The position numbers and the translations under genes were made by a program. The notes beneath the pieces were generated by a model. That model ran no database searches, was not told the origin of the DNA, and worked only from the letters and a program-made list of their open reading frames with translations. This document shows, in pieces, positions 41,948 to 52,055 of a DNA stretch of 64,000 bases (position 1 is its first letter; each line of letters begins with the position of its first letter). The DNA lies in NCBI GenBank assembly GCA_024278215.1, contig JAJRTR010000138.1, positions 3,747 through 67,746 of the forward strand. Direction: 5' to 3'. This stretch comes from a bacterium. GTDB taxonomy: Bacteria; UBP15; UBA6099; JAJRTR01.

Positions 41948-42913
41948 ATGTTAAAAACGAAAGTTACAGAAATGCTCGGCATCGAACATCCCATAATAGG
42001 CGGGACGATGATGTGGATATCGAAGGGCGAGTTCGTCGCATCGATAAGCGAAGCAGGCGCGCTGGGCGTTCTCGCTTCGGCTATCTACCAGAGCCGGGCG
42101 GAGTTCCGCGACGAGCTGCAAAAGGTCAAGTCGCTGACATCGAAACCGTTTTCGGTAAACATCAACATGTTCCCGTCAATGAGACCGATCGACAACAACG
42201 ACTACATCGATATTCTGCTCGATGAAGGCGTGAGAATCGTCGAGACATCCGGCCACCAGGCGCCAACCGAGTACCTGCCGCGCCTCAAGGAAGCCGGCTG
42301 CCTGTGTATCCACAAATGTGTCGGTGTGAAGTATGCGAAAAAAGTTGCCGCCCTCGGCGAAGACATCGTCACAGTCGTCGGATACGAAAACGGCGGCGCG
42401 TCGGGCAATCTCGGCATAGGCTCGTTCGTGCTGATACCGGCTGTTGTAGACGCGCTGGATATACCCGTCATCGGCGGCGGCGGTGTGGCGGACGGGCGTG
42501 GTCTGTACTCGATGCTCGCGCTGGGCGCGGAGGGTGTCATCATGGGCACACGCCTGCTGCTTTCCGAAGAATGCCCGATACACAACGATCTGAAGGCTGC
42601 GCTGCTCGAGGCGAAGGAAACCGACACAAAGCTGGTAATGAAGAGCATCAACGCAGTGCATCGCGTGTGGGACAACGAAGCTGCGAGGAAAACACTCGAA
42701 CTGGAAGCAAAGGGTGGTCAGCTCAACGACCTGCTCCAGTACATCGGCGGCGAAAAAGCGAAAATCATGTACGACGAAGGCAAACTCGACGCCGGTATCG
42801 TCGCCACCGGGCAGTGCATAGGCCTTATAAATGAAATATTGCCTATGAAAGACCTCATCGCCGGTGTGGTAAAAGAGGCGGAGGCAGTCAGGGACAAGCT
42901 CGCGAAGATTTAG
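41948..42913 (+). CDS. Nitronate monooxygenase / FabK-like FMN-dependent oxidoreductase
   Basis: LGIEHPIIGG, IPVIGGGGVADGRG, LGAEGVIMGTR; GGAGG RBS before ATG 41948. Confidence 0.9.
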   Translation: MLKTKVTEMLGIEHPIIGGTMMWISKGEFVASISEAGALGVLASAIYQSRAEFRDELQKVKSLTSKPFSVNINMFPSMRPIDNNDYIDILLDEGVRIVETSGHQAPTEYLPRLKEAGCLCIHKCVGVKYAKKVAALGEDIVTVVGYENGGASGNLGIGSFVLIPAVVDALDIPVIGGGGVADGRGLYSMLALGAEGVIMGTRLLLSEECPIHNDLKAALLEAKETDTKLVMKSINAVHRVWDNEAARKTLELEAKGGQLNDLLQYIGGEKAKIMYDEGKLDAGIVATGQCIGLINEILPMKDLIAGVVKEAEAVRDKLAKI

Positions 42914-42942
42914 AAATTGTGGAAATTGGGAACCCGAGTCAG

Positions 42943-43097
42943 GTAGCGAGGTCGAACGAAATTGTTCGGAGCAAGGCGGAGGTGTGAAATCCCCGCAGGC
43001 GTACTCGCCGAGTACGTTGAGGATGATTTTGTGCCGACAACGCAGCTATGGGCAATAGCAGCCGACCGCAGCAGAATCAGAATTTTGCAATCGGCTC
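42943..43097 (+). mobile_element. MITE family A copy, left end decayed
   Basis: Collinear with 50149-50326 (GCAAGGCGGAGGTGT...GCAGCCGACCGCAGCAGAATCAGAATTTTGCAATCGGCTC). Confidence 0.8.
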
Positions 43098-43212
43098 ATG
43101 TGTTATGTCTGGCAATTAAATCAAAGAGCAGTAAAATATGTTTATGATACGACTTGACTTTTCAGCCATGAGAAATAATATAAGATCATCTACTATGGCG
43201 CATTCCTTAAAG

Positions 43213-44328
43213 ATGAAAAAAATTGTGTTTATTGTTGCGGCAATCATTCTGGTGGGCATGATAAATGTCTGTGCGGTTGCACAAAGCACGGGAGTGCCGC
43301 TGAAGCCGCCAACACGGTTCGGGGCGATAAGTTATCCCACATGGAGCCCTAAAGGCGATCTCGCGGCATTTGTGTACACAATAGGTGGAGACTCTGAAGT
43401 ATACCTTGTGAATGCGGATGGGACGAAACTGAGGAATGTCAGTCGGAACAAGGCGATAGACACGAATCCGGTATGGAGCCCGGATGGAAAGACGCTGCTG
43501 TTCACATCCAGACGAAGCGGAAAAGCCGATATTTATTATATTGATCCGTATCAGGGCAGGAAGCCAAAGGCTAAAAAGCTGATAAAGGATCGTCAAAAAG
43601 GGGATAACCTGTGGCCGGCGTGGAGCCCGGACAGCAAGACCGTTGCGTTTTGCAGTTATGAAAAAGGGTATCCACTTGTATATTTTCTTGATGTTGCTGC
43701 CGGGACATCGGAGCAGTTTTTCGACAAGAGAGCGTGCTATCCGGCATTTTCGGCAGACGGCAAGCGGCTTGCGTTATCATCCGAAGGGGATATTTTTGTA
43801 TTCAAGTTAAAAAACAAAAAGTCGAAGAATATTACGGAGAATCTGATCGAGGGAAACGCTGTTGATGATACACTGCCGGTGTGGGCGCCGCGGGGCACCC
43901 GCATAGCATTCATAGGGAGATATGAGGCATATTCATCTGAGATATATACAATCAGCGCCAACGGCAAGAAAGTGAGAAGGATAACGGATGATCTATTTGA
44001 AGATTTCATTCCAAGGTGGGGCCCTAAAGGAAAAGGAGTGATCTATTCAGCGTTTGTTGGAGGCCGCCCGCCGGAGATCTTCGTTTCCGACCCGGAGAGC
44101 CCCGAGAAAACAAGGCTTACAGATAACCATATTGTGGAGATGAGCCCGGTGTTTTCTCCTGATGGTCGAACGATATTGTTTGTGAAACGTACGAATATTC
44201 AGGACGATCTTTACATAATGGATAGTAACGGAGAAAATGTTCGGAAATTTCTTCATGAAAAACTACCGACTGTAAGAAACTACTATGACAGGCAAAAACA
44301 GAAAAAAAAGGAACAATACAGACAGTGA
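43213..44328 (+). CDS. Secreted TolB-like beta-propeller (PD40 repeats)
   Basis: Repeated P-x-W/F-S-P-D-G motifs; signal peptide from MKKIVF; start uncertain (43138-43213). Confidence 0.88.
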   Translation: MKKIVFIVAAIILVGMINVCAVAQSTGVPLKPPTRFGAISYPTWSPKGDLAAFVYTIGGDSEVYLVNADGTKLRNVSRNKAIDTNPVWSPDGKTLLFTSRRSGKADIYYIDPYQGRKPKAKKLIKDRQKGDNLWPAWSPDSKTVAFCSYEKGYPLVYFLDVAAGTSEQFFDKRACYPAFSADGKRLALSSEGDIFVFKLKNKKSKNITENLIEGNAVDDTLPVWAPRGTRIAFIGRYEAYSSEIYTISANGKKVRRITDDLFEDFIPRWGPKGKGVIYSAFVGGRPPEIFVSDPESPEKTRLTDNHIVEMSPVFSPDGRTILFVKRTNIQDDLYIMDSNGENVRKFLHEKLPTVRNYYDRQKQKKKEQYRQ

Positions 44329-44576
44329 GTAATAATCTTAAACAATTTGATGCTGTTTATTCGGAAAAGAGCAGGGGGATTCTGGACCGTATATTCGGTG
44401 AATTCACACCGGAACGGGACAGAGTGCGGCTTACGAGGCCCAAGCGGGAGCGTGAGATCATCTTTGTGGTGGACTATGAAGATCGCTGTCAATATGAAAG
44501 TGTGCTGGCAGCGTTGTGCAAATGGCTTAAGAAAGAAGGAACCTTCGAGGACCTGAACGATCTCATGCTGCACTGA
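44325..44576 (+). CDS. Small hypothetical protein
   Basis: GTG start overlapping the upstream stop (GTGA), 83 aa, protein-like composition. Confidence 0.55.
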   Translation: MSNNLKQFDAVYSEKSRGILDRIFGEFTPERDRVRLTRPKREREIIFVVDYEDRCQYESVLAALCKWLKKEGTFEDLNDLMLH

Positions 44577-44669
44577 ACGACACGAGGCGCGGATGCCCTC
44601 GTTTATTGCGAAGCTCGGGTTTCTCCCGCTGCGTGCGGCGGGGTTTATTGCGAGGATTGCGCTTTTTGT

Positions 44670-44810
44670 GACGTTGCGATTCGGGATCGGTCACATATAT
44701 GCTGCTTCCGCAAGAGGTCGGCGTCGCCGGTCGCTTCCTCACCACTCACTTGCCGCGCCTTTTATTACAGGCATTCTCCCGATTTTTTACCCGCTTTTGT
44801 GAAATATGCG
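44670..44810 (+). repeat. Truncated MITE family B copy
   Basis: GGATCGGTCACA...CCTCACCACTCACTTGCCGCGCC...GTGAAATATGCG matches 49337-49539. Confidence 0.75.
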
Positions 44811-44834
44811 TGATGCTGAACAGTATTGGTGTTG

Positions 44835-45533
44835 TCATCGGCTGCCCGGCGCGCCGTCGATGCTCCAGAGGTTCTGGTGGCGCAGCTTTATGCCGGGGTT
44901 GAGTTCCAGAGCAGCTTTGAAGTGTTTGTTGGCGCGTTTTTCGTTTCCTGTTTTCAAGTACATGATACCGAGATGGTTGTGGACGGCGGCGTTGGATGGA
45001 TCGAGTTCGAGGGCTCTGCGCATGTGCTCGATGGCGTGGACGACATCGCCGAGATGGTGGCGGCAGATGCCGAGCGCCTGGTGCGATTCCGGGAGTTCGG
45101 GGAATATTGCGATGGATTTTTCGAGGAAGCCGACTGCGTCCTCGTAGCGCCCGAGGTCGCGCGCGAGCACTATGCCGATCATCATCAGCGCAACCGGATT
45201 GCGTTTGTCAAGCTTCAGCGCCATCCTGAATGTCGTAATCGCGTTTTCGATCTGGTTGTCCTCGATGAGAAGTCGGCCCATGTTTATGAATATATCCGGA
45301 TCGTTCGGCCTGAATGCGAGAAGTTTTCGGAAGACCTTCGCGCTCCGGCTGTTCTGCTTCAACTGCGCAAGGCAGACGCCGAGGTTGTACAAAGCGCCCT
45401 GATTTTCAGGGTCATGCGCGAGTACTTTTCTTAAACATGCGCAGGCACGCTCGTGCTTGCCCTCGCGTGCAAGGTTCAGCCCTTCGATATATAATTTCTC
45501 AACTTCGTGGGTTCCCAGAATGATGTCTGTCAT
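44835..45533 (-). CDS. Tetratricopeptide repeat protein
   Basis: About six TPRs (ALYNLGVCL, IFINMGRLL, VHNHLGIMYL, ALELDP); start uncertain (45533 or 45578). Confidence 0.85.
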   Translation of the reverse strand: MTDIILGTHEVEKLYIEGLNLAREGKHERACACLRKVLAHDPENQGALYNLGVCLAQLKQNSRSAKVFRKLLAFRPNDPDIFINMGRLLIEDNQIENAITTFRMALKLDKRNPVALMMIGIVLARDLGRYEDAVGFLEKSIAIFPELPESHQALGICRHHLGDVVHAIEHMRRALELDPSNAAVHNHLGIMYLKTGNEKRANKHFKAALELNPGIKLRHQNLWSIDGAPGSR

Positions 45534-45613
45534 ATTGCTCGTTATCCGGCACAGAGATGGTCCGTCCGCATTTTTCACCGATGCGGGATAGTGGCGCGAA
45601 TCATAGATGTCTC

Positions 45614-46909
45614 TCAGAATGGATGTCCTGTGAAAAAAAGAGTAGCATAAGCGGTGTGGTCGCCGCGTGCAAGGGTTTGCGAGTCTTTATCGCGCGCGAA
45701 TTTTGTGTAGAATCTGACCCTCAGGCCATCGGGCCGCGCTTTCGCGTCCGCGCTTGTCCCCGTACCGTCTTCTTTTTTTGCGCCGCCCTTATCCTGAAAA
45801 ACTTTGAAAGGGACCTTCCACAGTATGTTTTTGTTATAGAAATCCGCGACGATGCCCGAGTTTTCGACCGGCGAGCGCGACGGCAGAATCGGCGTCGAAC
45901 CGGCCGACGCTCCCAGGAGTCCTCTCGCTGCGAGCTGATCGTAGAGTCTGCTGAAATACTCGGGCATCTCCTGATTTTGTGCACGCAACTGCTTCATGAA
46001 AGCGGCAAGTTCGAGTATGTTTCTTATATCGTACTCGAGGTTGAAAGGGATGCCGCGGTTGGTGGGATTCTTTCGTATGATGGTCGTAAAGTCGTAGTTC
46101 GAATAGTAGTGGTACATCCCGCGCCCGAGGCGGCAGTTGAGGTCCGACGTGCCGGGCGGAATCATGCGGAGAATATAAAAGTTCATGCCCGGCTTGATCG
46201 TGTAATACGGATACGTTTCGCCCGATACCTCGAGATCGAAATACAAATAATCACCAATGACCGTTGCGGATGTTTGTCTTATATCCCGGTCCCGCGAATG
46301 GTAATAATCGGTGGTGGAACTCCATCGCTCTTCGACCGGATCGTCTACAAGCGGCATCCGGTAAGCTTTTATGTATGCGAGACCTTTTTCGTGCGCCGGT
46401 ATCTCTGCCGTAACATTTCCAAATGAATCGTAGGCCCTGAAATATATTATTGATTCCTTTTCGCCATGTGCGCCGTCGCCGTCTTTTGATGCTGCCAGCT
46501 CGACTTCGCCTTCCCATCTGCCTGTTTTTTTATCCTGCTCGAGCTGGAATTCGTTTCCAGTACCGTCCGCGCGCACCAGGGCGCCCGTCACGGACAGCAC
46601 TGTGCAGGCCCAGGGCGCATGTGTCGTCACCGGCGCCTGAAGCGACACCCGCAGGGGCGATGTCGCCGTGTCGCCTGCGCGTGTGATGTTTACATCTTTG
46701 AACTCGACAGTGCTCGGGAATATAAGCACATCGGGATAGCCTGTCCGCTGTATTCTTTCGCTCTGCGAAACGGGTGGCAACCTCTCGACAGAATCCCCGG
46801 AATCTTCGGGCCGGATAATCTGGTCCAGAGCTGCGGCCTGCGCGGCGATAACGCACACGACCGACACAAGAAGCGAGCAGAAGAAAAAGAGATGTTTTTT
46901 AATCAGCAA
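45614..46909 (-). CDS. Exported hypothetical protein
   Basis: 431-aa ORF with signal peptide (AAQAAA); start overlaps the end of ilvD. Confidence 0.7.
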   Translation of the reverse strand: MLIKKHLFFFCSLLVSVVCVIAAQAAALDQIIRPEDSGDSVERLPPVSQSERIQRTGYPDVLIFPSTVEFKDVNITRAGDTATSPLRVSLQAPVTTHAPWACTVLSVTGALVRADGTGNEFQLEQDKKTGRWEGEVELAASKDGDGAHGEKESIIYFRAYDSFGNVTAEIPAHEKGLAYIKAYRMPLVDDPVEERWSSTTDYYHSRDRDIRQTSATVIGDYLYFDLEVSGETYPYYTIKPGMNFYILRMIPPGTSDLNCRLGRGMYHYYSNYDFTTIIRKNPTNRGIPFNLEYDIRNILELAAFMKQLRAQNQEMPEYFSRLYDQLAARGLLGASAGSTPILPSRSPVENSGIVADFYNKNILWKVPFKVFQDKGGAKKEDGTGTSADAKARPDGLRVRFYTKFARDKDSQTLARGDHTAYATLFFTGHPF

Positions 46910-48570
46910 GGAAGTCTGCCTCCGAGCTCCGCTCCGTCGGCGAATCTGCCGTAGAAGCCGATAAAGCCGCCGGCACGGGGTTTGTCGGGCGGAGTTGCTT
47001 TCGCAAGACGTTTATTTATTTCAGTTTTTGTCAGTTTCACATTCAGCCGGCGCGCCGGTATATCGATCTCGATAATGTCGCCGTCGCGAACCGCCGCGAT
47101 AGGCCCGCCGCGTGCCGCCTCCGGCGCTACATGGCCGATACACGGTCCACGTGTCGCGCCGCTGTAACGACCGTCCGTCACCATGGCCACGGAATCCCCC
47201 AGGCCCATGCCCACAAGCATCGCCGCCGGTATCGACATCTCTCTCATGCCCGGCCCGCCGCGCGGCCCTTCATATCTTATCACAAGCACATCGCCCGCCT
47301 TAACCGTGTCCCGCTCGAGATGGTCGCGCACTTCCTCTTCCGACTCGAACACCACGGCCGGTCCGCTGTGTTTCAGCATCGTCGGCCCGACCGCGCTCTG
47401 CTTCACAACAGCGCCGGCCGGCGCGAGATTCCCATGCAGCACCGCAATACCGCCTTCCCGCGCGAGCGGGTCGACGGCGGTTCGGATCACATCCCCGTCG
47501 GGTGCCGCCGCGCCGCGAAGCTGCGTGCCCAGTGTGCGTCCGAAAACAGTGAGCGCGTCAGTGTCGATCAGTCTGCCCAGCGCCTTGAGCAGTGTTTGCA
47601 CGCCACCCGCGCGATGGAAGTCGAGCACCGTCACATCCGACGCCGGTTTGCATCGCACAAGCAGCGGGGTTTCACTGCTTGTGGCGTCGAAATCATCGAG
47701 TTCGAGCGGTAGGCCGAGTTCGAGCGCGAGCGCGAGCAAGTGAAGAACCGCGTTTGTCGAACCGCCCAGCGCCGCCAGTGTTCTCACGGCATTGTGCAGC
47801 GAGCCCGCCGTGACAACCTCGCTGAACGCGCGCCCCTTTTTCGCCATTCGTGCGGCATGGTCGCCGGTATCTTTCGCCATGCGCAGCCGCCCGGAGGCAA
47901 CCGCCAGGCCCGTCGCCGCGCCGGGCAGAGACAACCCCATCGCCTCCACAATGCACGCCATCGTGCAGGCCGTGCCCATCATGCTGCACGCGCCGTGGCT
48001 CGCGCACACGGAACGCTCCAGCGCAGCGAATTCCTTCTTAGTTATAATATTCGCGTTATATCTTCCGATCGCTTCCTTCACATCGCAGGTGACAAAAGTT
48101 TCACCCGCGTGTACGTAAGGCAGCATAGTACCGCCCGTTAGAAATATCGCGGGCAACCCCGTTCGCGCCGCGCCCATGAGCATGCCGGGAATAATCTTGT
48201 CGCAGGATGCCATGCACACCAGTGAATCGAAACCGCTCGCGCAGCTCATAAGCTCGACACTTGCCGCGACCACCTCCCGCGAAGGCAGCACCGCGTTCAT
48301 ACCGGGTCCCTGGGCGATGCCGTCGCAGGGCGCGATAGTGTTGAAAACAACAGGAGTGCCGCCCGCCGCCCACACGCCCGCCTTCACATGTTCGGCCAGC
48401 GAGTTCAGATGCGCATGCCCGGGGTTTGCCTCGGTCCACGAGCAGGCGATACCCACCATCGGCTTCTTCAGGTCCCTCTCGCGGAAACCGCAGGCCATAT
48501 ACAGCGCACGCTCATAAGCGCCCTGCGCACCCGCGCCGCTTCTTCTTTTCAAATCATTTCCGCCAGACAT
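46903..48570 (-). CDS. ilvD: Dihydroxy-acid dehydratase (IlvD/Edd family)
   Basis: [70 protein letters not shown]; start ATG 48570. Confidence 0.93.
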   Translation of the reverse strand: MSGGNDLKRRSGAGAQGAYERALYMACGFRERDLKKPMVGIACSWTEANPGHAHLNSLAEHVKAGVWAAGGTPVVFNTIAPCDGIAQGPGMNAVLPSREVVAASVELMSCASGFDSLVCMASCDKIIPGMLMGAARTGLPAIFLTGGTMLPYVHAGETFVTCDVKEAIGRYNANIITKKEFAALERSVCASHGACSMMGTACTMACIVEAMGLSLPGAATGLAVASGRLRMAKDTGDHAARMAKKGRAFSEVVTAGSLHNAVRTLAALGGSTNAVLHLLALALELGLPLELDDFDATSSETPLLVRCKPASDVTVLDFHRAGGVQTLLKALGRLIDTDALTVFGRTLGTQLRGAAAPDGDVIRTAVDPLAREGGIAVLHGNLAPAGAVVKQSAVGPTMLKHSGPAVVFESEEEVRDHLERDTVKAGDVLVIRYEGPRGGPGMREMSIPAAMLVGMGLGDSVAMVTDGRYSGATRGPCIGHVAPEAARGGPIAAVRDGDIIEIDIPARRLNVKLTKTEINKRLAKATPPDKPRAGGFIGFYGRFADGAELGGRLPC

Positions 48571-49217
48571 GCTTCCCTCTCTCCGATAACCCGCTAATTG
48601 TAACCCGAACAACAAACGATATGCAATGCCGGGCTCAGGATGATAAAGAAATACTGAAAAGAGATCGGTGAACACCCCAGTTTCCACCATAATACTTTTC
48701 GCGACCAATCATTGTCACTGAATCGCCCTGAAGAATGCCTACACAACACAACCCGTTTCCACAGAGTAATGCCGCTTCCCTACAGAAACGCTGTTACTCT
48801 ACAGAAACAGTATTTCCATGCCGTAACGCCGCTTCCGCTTGGAATCAGTGGTTTTTGTACAGAACCGGCATTGCTGTTTAGAATCATACGTTTTTCTCTA
48901 CAACCAATCCGCTTCACAAAAAACACAACTCGCTTCTGGTCAGAAACTATTCGTTTTCGGACAGAAACACATATATAAAGAAAAGAAATAAGAAAAAGAA
49001 ATTGTTTTATGTATAGAGCTAATTGCAAAATTGTACGTTTTTTTGAAACATGTGCAGAATTTCAAGAGAACACGGCCCGAAATCAAAGGGCAAATTCCAG
49101 TCATGACCCGAAATTAACTATCTGTATTCGCACAAGATATTAGCCGCTTCGCTATTTGGTGTGAGTAGAATAATTATAGTGCGCTGACGGTGAAACTGAC
49201 AATTTGGCAACGACAAC

Positions 49218-49592
49218 TGTAGCGTTTACTTCAATTCCACCATCCTCTGGCAATCCTTTAAAATTGCCGGGAAATGGTAATATTGTGGCAAACCCGGCTC
49301 GCAAGTTATGGAGGTTCCGTATGTGCGCCGAAGTTCTTAAACCGGATTTCTCACAAAGAAATCCGGAAAATCGGGATAACGCATGTTCTACTACGTTGCG
49401 GCGGCGATTCTGGATCGGTCACACACCTGTATTTTGCGCAAGAGGCTGGCCGGCTGCTTCCTCACCACTCACTTGCCGCGCCATGTATTACAGGTATCCT
49501 CCCGATTATTGGCCCGCATTGGTGAAATAAGCGGGTTAAGGTGAACGCAGAGCGTTCAGTCCCTGCGTTCCGGGTCGGAACCCCGGAACGAG
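49218..49592 (+). repeat. Long dispersed repeat family C (with REP-like hairpins), carrying a nested MITE B
   Basis: Outside the insertion it is collinear with the reverse complement of 53235-53407. Confidence 0.75.
49337..49539 (+). mobile_element. MITE family B, full length
   Basis: Imperfect TIRs ACCGGATTTCTCAC / GTGAAATAAGCGGG bounded by TTAA on both sides; inverted copy at 51046-51251. Confidence 0.82.
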
Positions 49593-49693
49593 AAAAACTC
49601 ATTTTACCCAACACGATTCAGCGGAGAGCCAGATATTATTTGTAATACACCCTGAAGTGCGAAATTGCAATAAGGCTGTGTGTTTTTACAGCA

Positions 49694-49727
49694 AAGAAAA
49701 AACGCCCATTTTATTGGGCGTTTTCTT
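49694..49727 (-). terminator. Terminator after tRNA-Leu
   Basis: AAAACGCCCA-TTTTAT-TGGGCGTTTT hairpin with flanking A and T runs. Confidence 0.8.
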
Positions 49728-49728
49728 G

Positions 49729-49813
49729 TGCCGGTGAAGGGACTCGAACCCCCACGTGCGCAAGGCACGGCAGATTTTGAGTCTACTGCGTCTACCAATT
49801 CCGCCACACCGGC
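49729..49813 (-). tRNA. tRNA-Leu (CAA)
   Basis: GCCGGTGTGGCGGAATTGGTAGACGCAGTAGACTCAAAATCTGC...GGGGGTTCGAGTCCCTTCACCGGCA; long variable arm; CCA not encoded. Confidence 0.97.
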
Positions 49814-50148
49814 TTTATATAAGCATATTGTAGAATTATGTCCTGCTGCGTCCGGACATAATTCTCCCCGACACATTATTGCAACAGTCTCTTTATTCTA
49901 TCTCAAACCCTTCAATTTTACCAGAGTGCTGTTTTTACCGAAATCCACGATTGAGCCGTCCGGTTTTCTTGAATCACTCACGTGCCTGACATCAGGCAAG
50001 AAAATCTTGATGCGTGAAAAAAGCAACATCGTCGGACAGAGCCTCTTTTTCAGTTGCGGATTGCAGATATTATCGTGCGTATGGTGGTGGAAAAAATTCT
50101 TTTTGCACGGTTGTGATTGAAAAAGGCATTCATGTGGTAAATATACAT

Positions 50149-50326
50149 GAGCCAATTGCAAAATTATGTTCGTGGCGAGGTCCAGCGAAATTGTTCAGAG
50201 CAAGGCGGAGGTGTAAAAGCCTCGCAGGCGTACTAGTTGGGTACGTCGAAGACGATTTCGCGCCGACAACACAGCTATGGGCAATAGCAGCCGACCGCAG
50301 CAGAATCAGAATTTTGCAATTGGCTC
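50149..50326 (+). mobile_element. MITE family A, full length
   Basis: Perfect 17-bp TIR GAGCCAATTGCAAAATT, flanked by an ACAT direct repeat. Confidence 0.85.
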
Positions 50327-50482
50327 ACATACTGGACCTTAGTCGCAATACTGTTCAATAAAGTTAAAACCGTCCCGATCCCTATAGCCGCCCCCTGATA
50401 TCCTGTCCCCTGGATTCCGGGGCTCGGCCCGGAACGGCAAGCTTAAGTGAACGGTATTGACCTTAGTCGGGGAGGTTATTAT

Positions 50483-51049
50483 ATGTGTGCAGCAGATGTC
50501 AATATTTGCGCAAGTTGCGGTAAATTGAACGCCGATAGGAATAAATTCTGTTCGAAGTGCGGAACTTTGCTTACGAGAACCGGACAAATGGTAAAGGGAA
50601 AAGATGTTCCTGAATCGGCAGTGATTTGCAGGGCATGTGGTTTCGAAAATAAACCGGGCTCACGGACATGCCAGTCGTGCCAGGTTCCTTTCGCGGACGG
50701 TTATCTAGTTTCCGAAAGCAGAACCCATGCTCACGTGACTATCGAGTTTGCGGAACTGGATTACGAGAATCACGACAGTTTCAGGAAACTTATAAAAAGA
50801 ATAAACAGGTCCAGAATCGTCGTTGACATGTCGAAAGTTGTGCGGCTGGACAGTGTCGGTATCGGAGCAATCGTGTCAGTGACAAATCCAATGTACGGGA
50901 TGGGGAAAGAGAAACAATTCAGGTTCTATGGTATGTCTACAGAGGTTCTTGACGCCTTGAGGGCTATGTCGGTGGACAAAGTGCTCGATATCTATCCATC
51001 ATATGAAATTGCTGTACAGGATTGGAACGGGAGCCTACGAAAAGATTAA
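50483..51049 (+). CDS. Double zinc-ribbon plus STAS (anti-sigma factor antagonist) protein
   Basis: Four CxxC pairs, then VDMSKVVRLDSVGIGAIV with the conserved Ser; GGAGG RBS before ATG 50483. Confidence 0.85.
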   Translation: MCAADVNICASCGKLNADRNKFCSKCGTLLTRTGQMVKGKDVPESAVICRACGFENKPGSRTCQSCQVPFADGYLVSESRTHAHVTIEFAELDYENHDSFRKLIKRINRSRIVVDMSKVVRLDSVGIGAIVSVTNPMYGMGKEKQFRFYGMSTEVLDALRAMSVDKVLDIYPSYEIAVQDWNGSLRKD

Positions 51050-51251
51050 CCCGCATATTTCACACAATGCTGGCCGAAAATTGGGAGAATGCCGTTATAA
51101 TACAAGGTGCGGCAAGTGAGTGGTGATGTAGCCGCCGGTCGGCCTCTTGCGCAAAATGCAGGTATGTGACCGATCCCGCTTCGCCGCCGCAACGCAGTAG
51201 AACAGGCGTTCTACCGATTGTTCGGATTTCTTTTTGAGAAATCCGGGTTAA
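51046..51251 (-). mobile_element. MITE family B, full length
   Basis: Reverse complement is collinear with 49337-49539; TTAA at both ends. Confidence 0.82.
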
Positions 51252-51554
51252 CCCCACCAACTGCTTTGCTGAGTGGAGACCGCCAATCCGCCAATTTCGC
51301 AAAACAAAAACAGCATAATACGGTGTTATCAATTATGCGTGTCCATTTGACGTTACGTGTATTTGATGCTATTTCAGGCAAAAGCACGAGTATAACGCAA
51401 GATGATTGCGCTGAGAAAGGGGCTTCCTTTTGTCCAACTGCTTGAAAAGAGGCAGAAATCAGCAATAAGATATATCAAAGAAAGAATATGTATTCTGTAT
51501 CGTTTTGGTATAGTTATGTGTGGTTGAATTCATGTAATTATTGATTGAAAAATA

Positions 51555-52037
51555 TCAGTCAATATCCAGCAACTCCTGCAATTTCAGCAATTGCCGACGG
51601 TTGTTCTCTTGCTGATCATCTGCGGAGACAATTGGCTTCTTCTTTTTTGATTTTGCTTTTTTCTCTGCATCGAGATCAACTAACCGGGGAATGTCAATTC
51701 GGTCATTTTCCAGGATAGGAAGCGGTAGAACCTGATATATCGTGCGATTGCTGAGTTCATCTTTACTAACGGCAATGACCCGCCTTTTTACAAGTCTTTT
51801 TCTGGCTTTTATCAGAGAACTTGGCCCGATCTTAAGAACTCTTGTTATTTCACGGCTCGAATGACATGAACATCCTGTCTGCATGTCTCCAACAGTAACA
51901 AGATAAAAGTATAACAACAGCTCATGCTGCGTCATATCGTCCCAGAACCACTCAACACGCTTGTCAAACCAGGCAAATGGCCTGGTTTCCTGCATGCTTC
52001 GCACTTTTCCCGGTTCCGGAGGATCGAGCCTTCTCAC
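51555..52037 (-). CDS. Winged-helix DNA-binding protein (replication-initiator N-terminal-like)
   Basis: FAWFD, ELLLYFYLV, SSREITRVLKIGPSSLIKARKRLVKRRVI helix-turn-helix-wing, IYQVL; GTG start with GGAG RBS. Confidence 0.7.
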   Translation of the reverse strand: MRRLDPPEPGKVRSMQETRPFAWFDKRVEWFWDDMTQHELLLYFYLVTVGDMQTGCSCHSSREITRVLKIGPSSLIKARKRLVKRRVIAVSKDELSNRTIYQVLPLPILENDRIDIPRLVDLDAEKKAKSKKKKPIVSADDQQENNRRQLLKLQELLDID

Positions 52038-52055
52038 AAGAGTACTCTCCTCAAA

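Noticed and set aside
42962-43147. Small ORFs sharing PTTQLWAIAADRSRIRILQ (also 50014-50361)
   Set aside because: Translations of MITE A copies, not a protein family
49204-49530. ORFs with PPSSGNPLKLPG or HHSLAAPC (also 53323-53544 and 51060-51332)
   Set aside because: Translations of repeat C and MITE B
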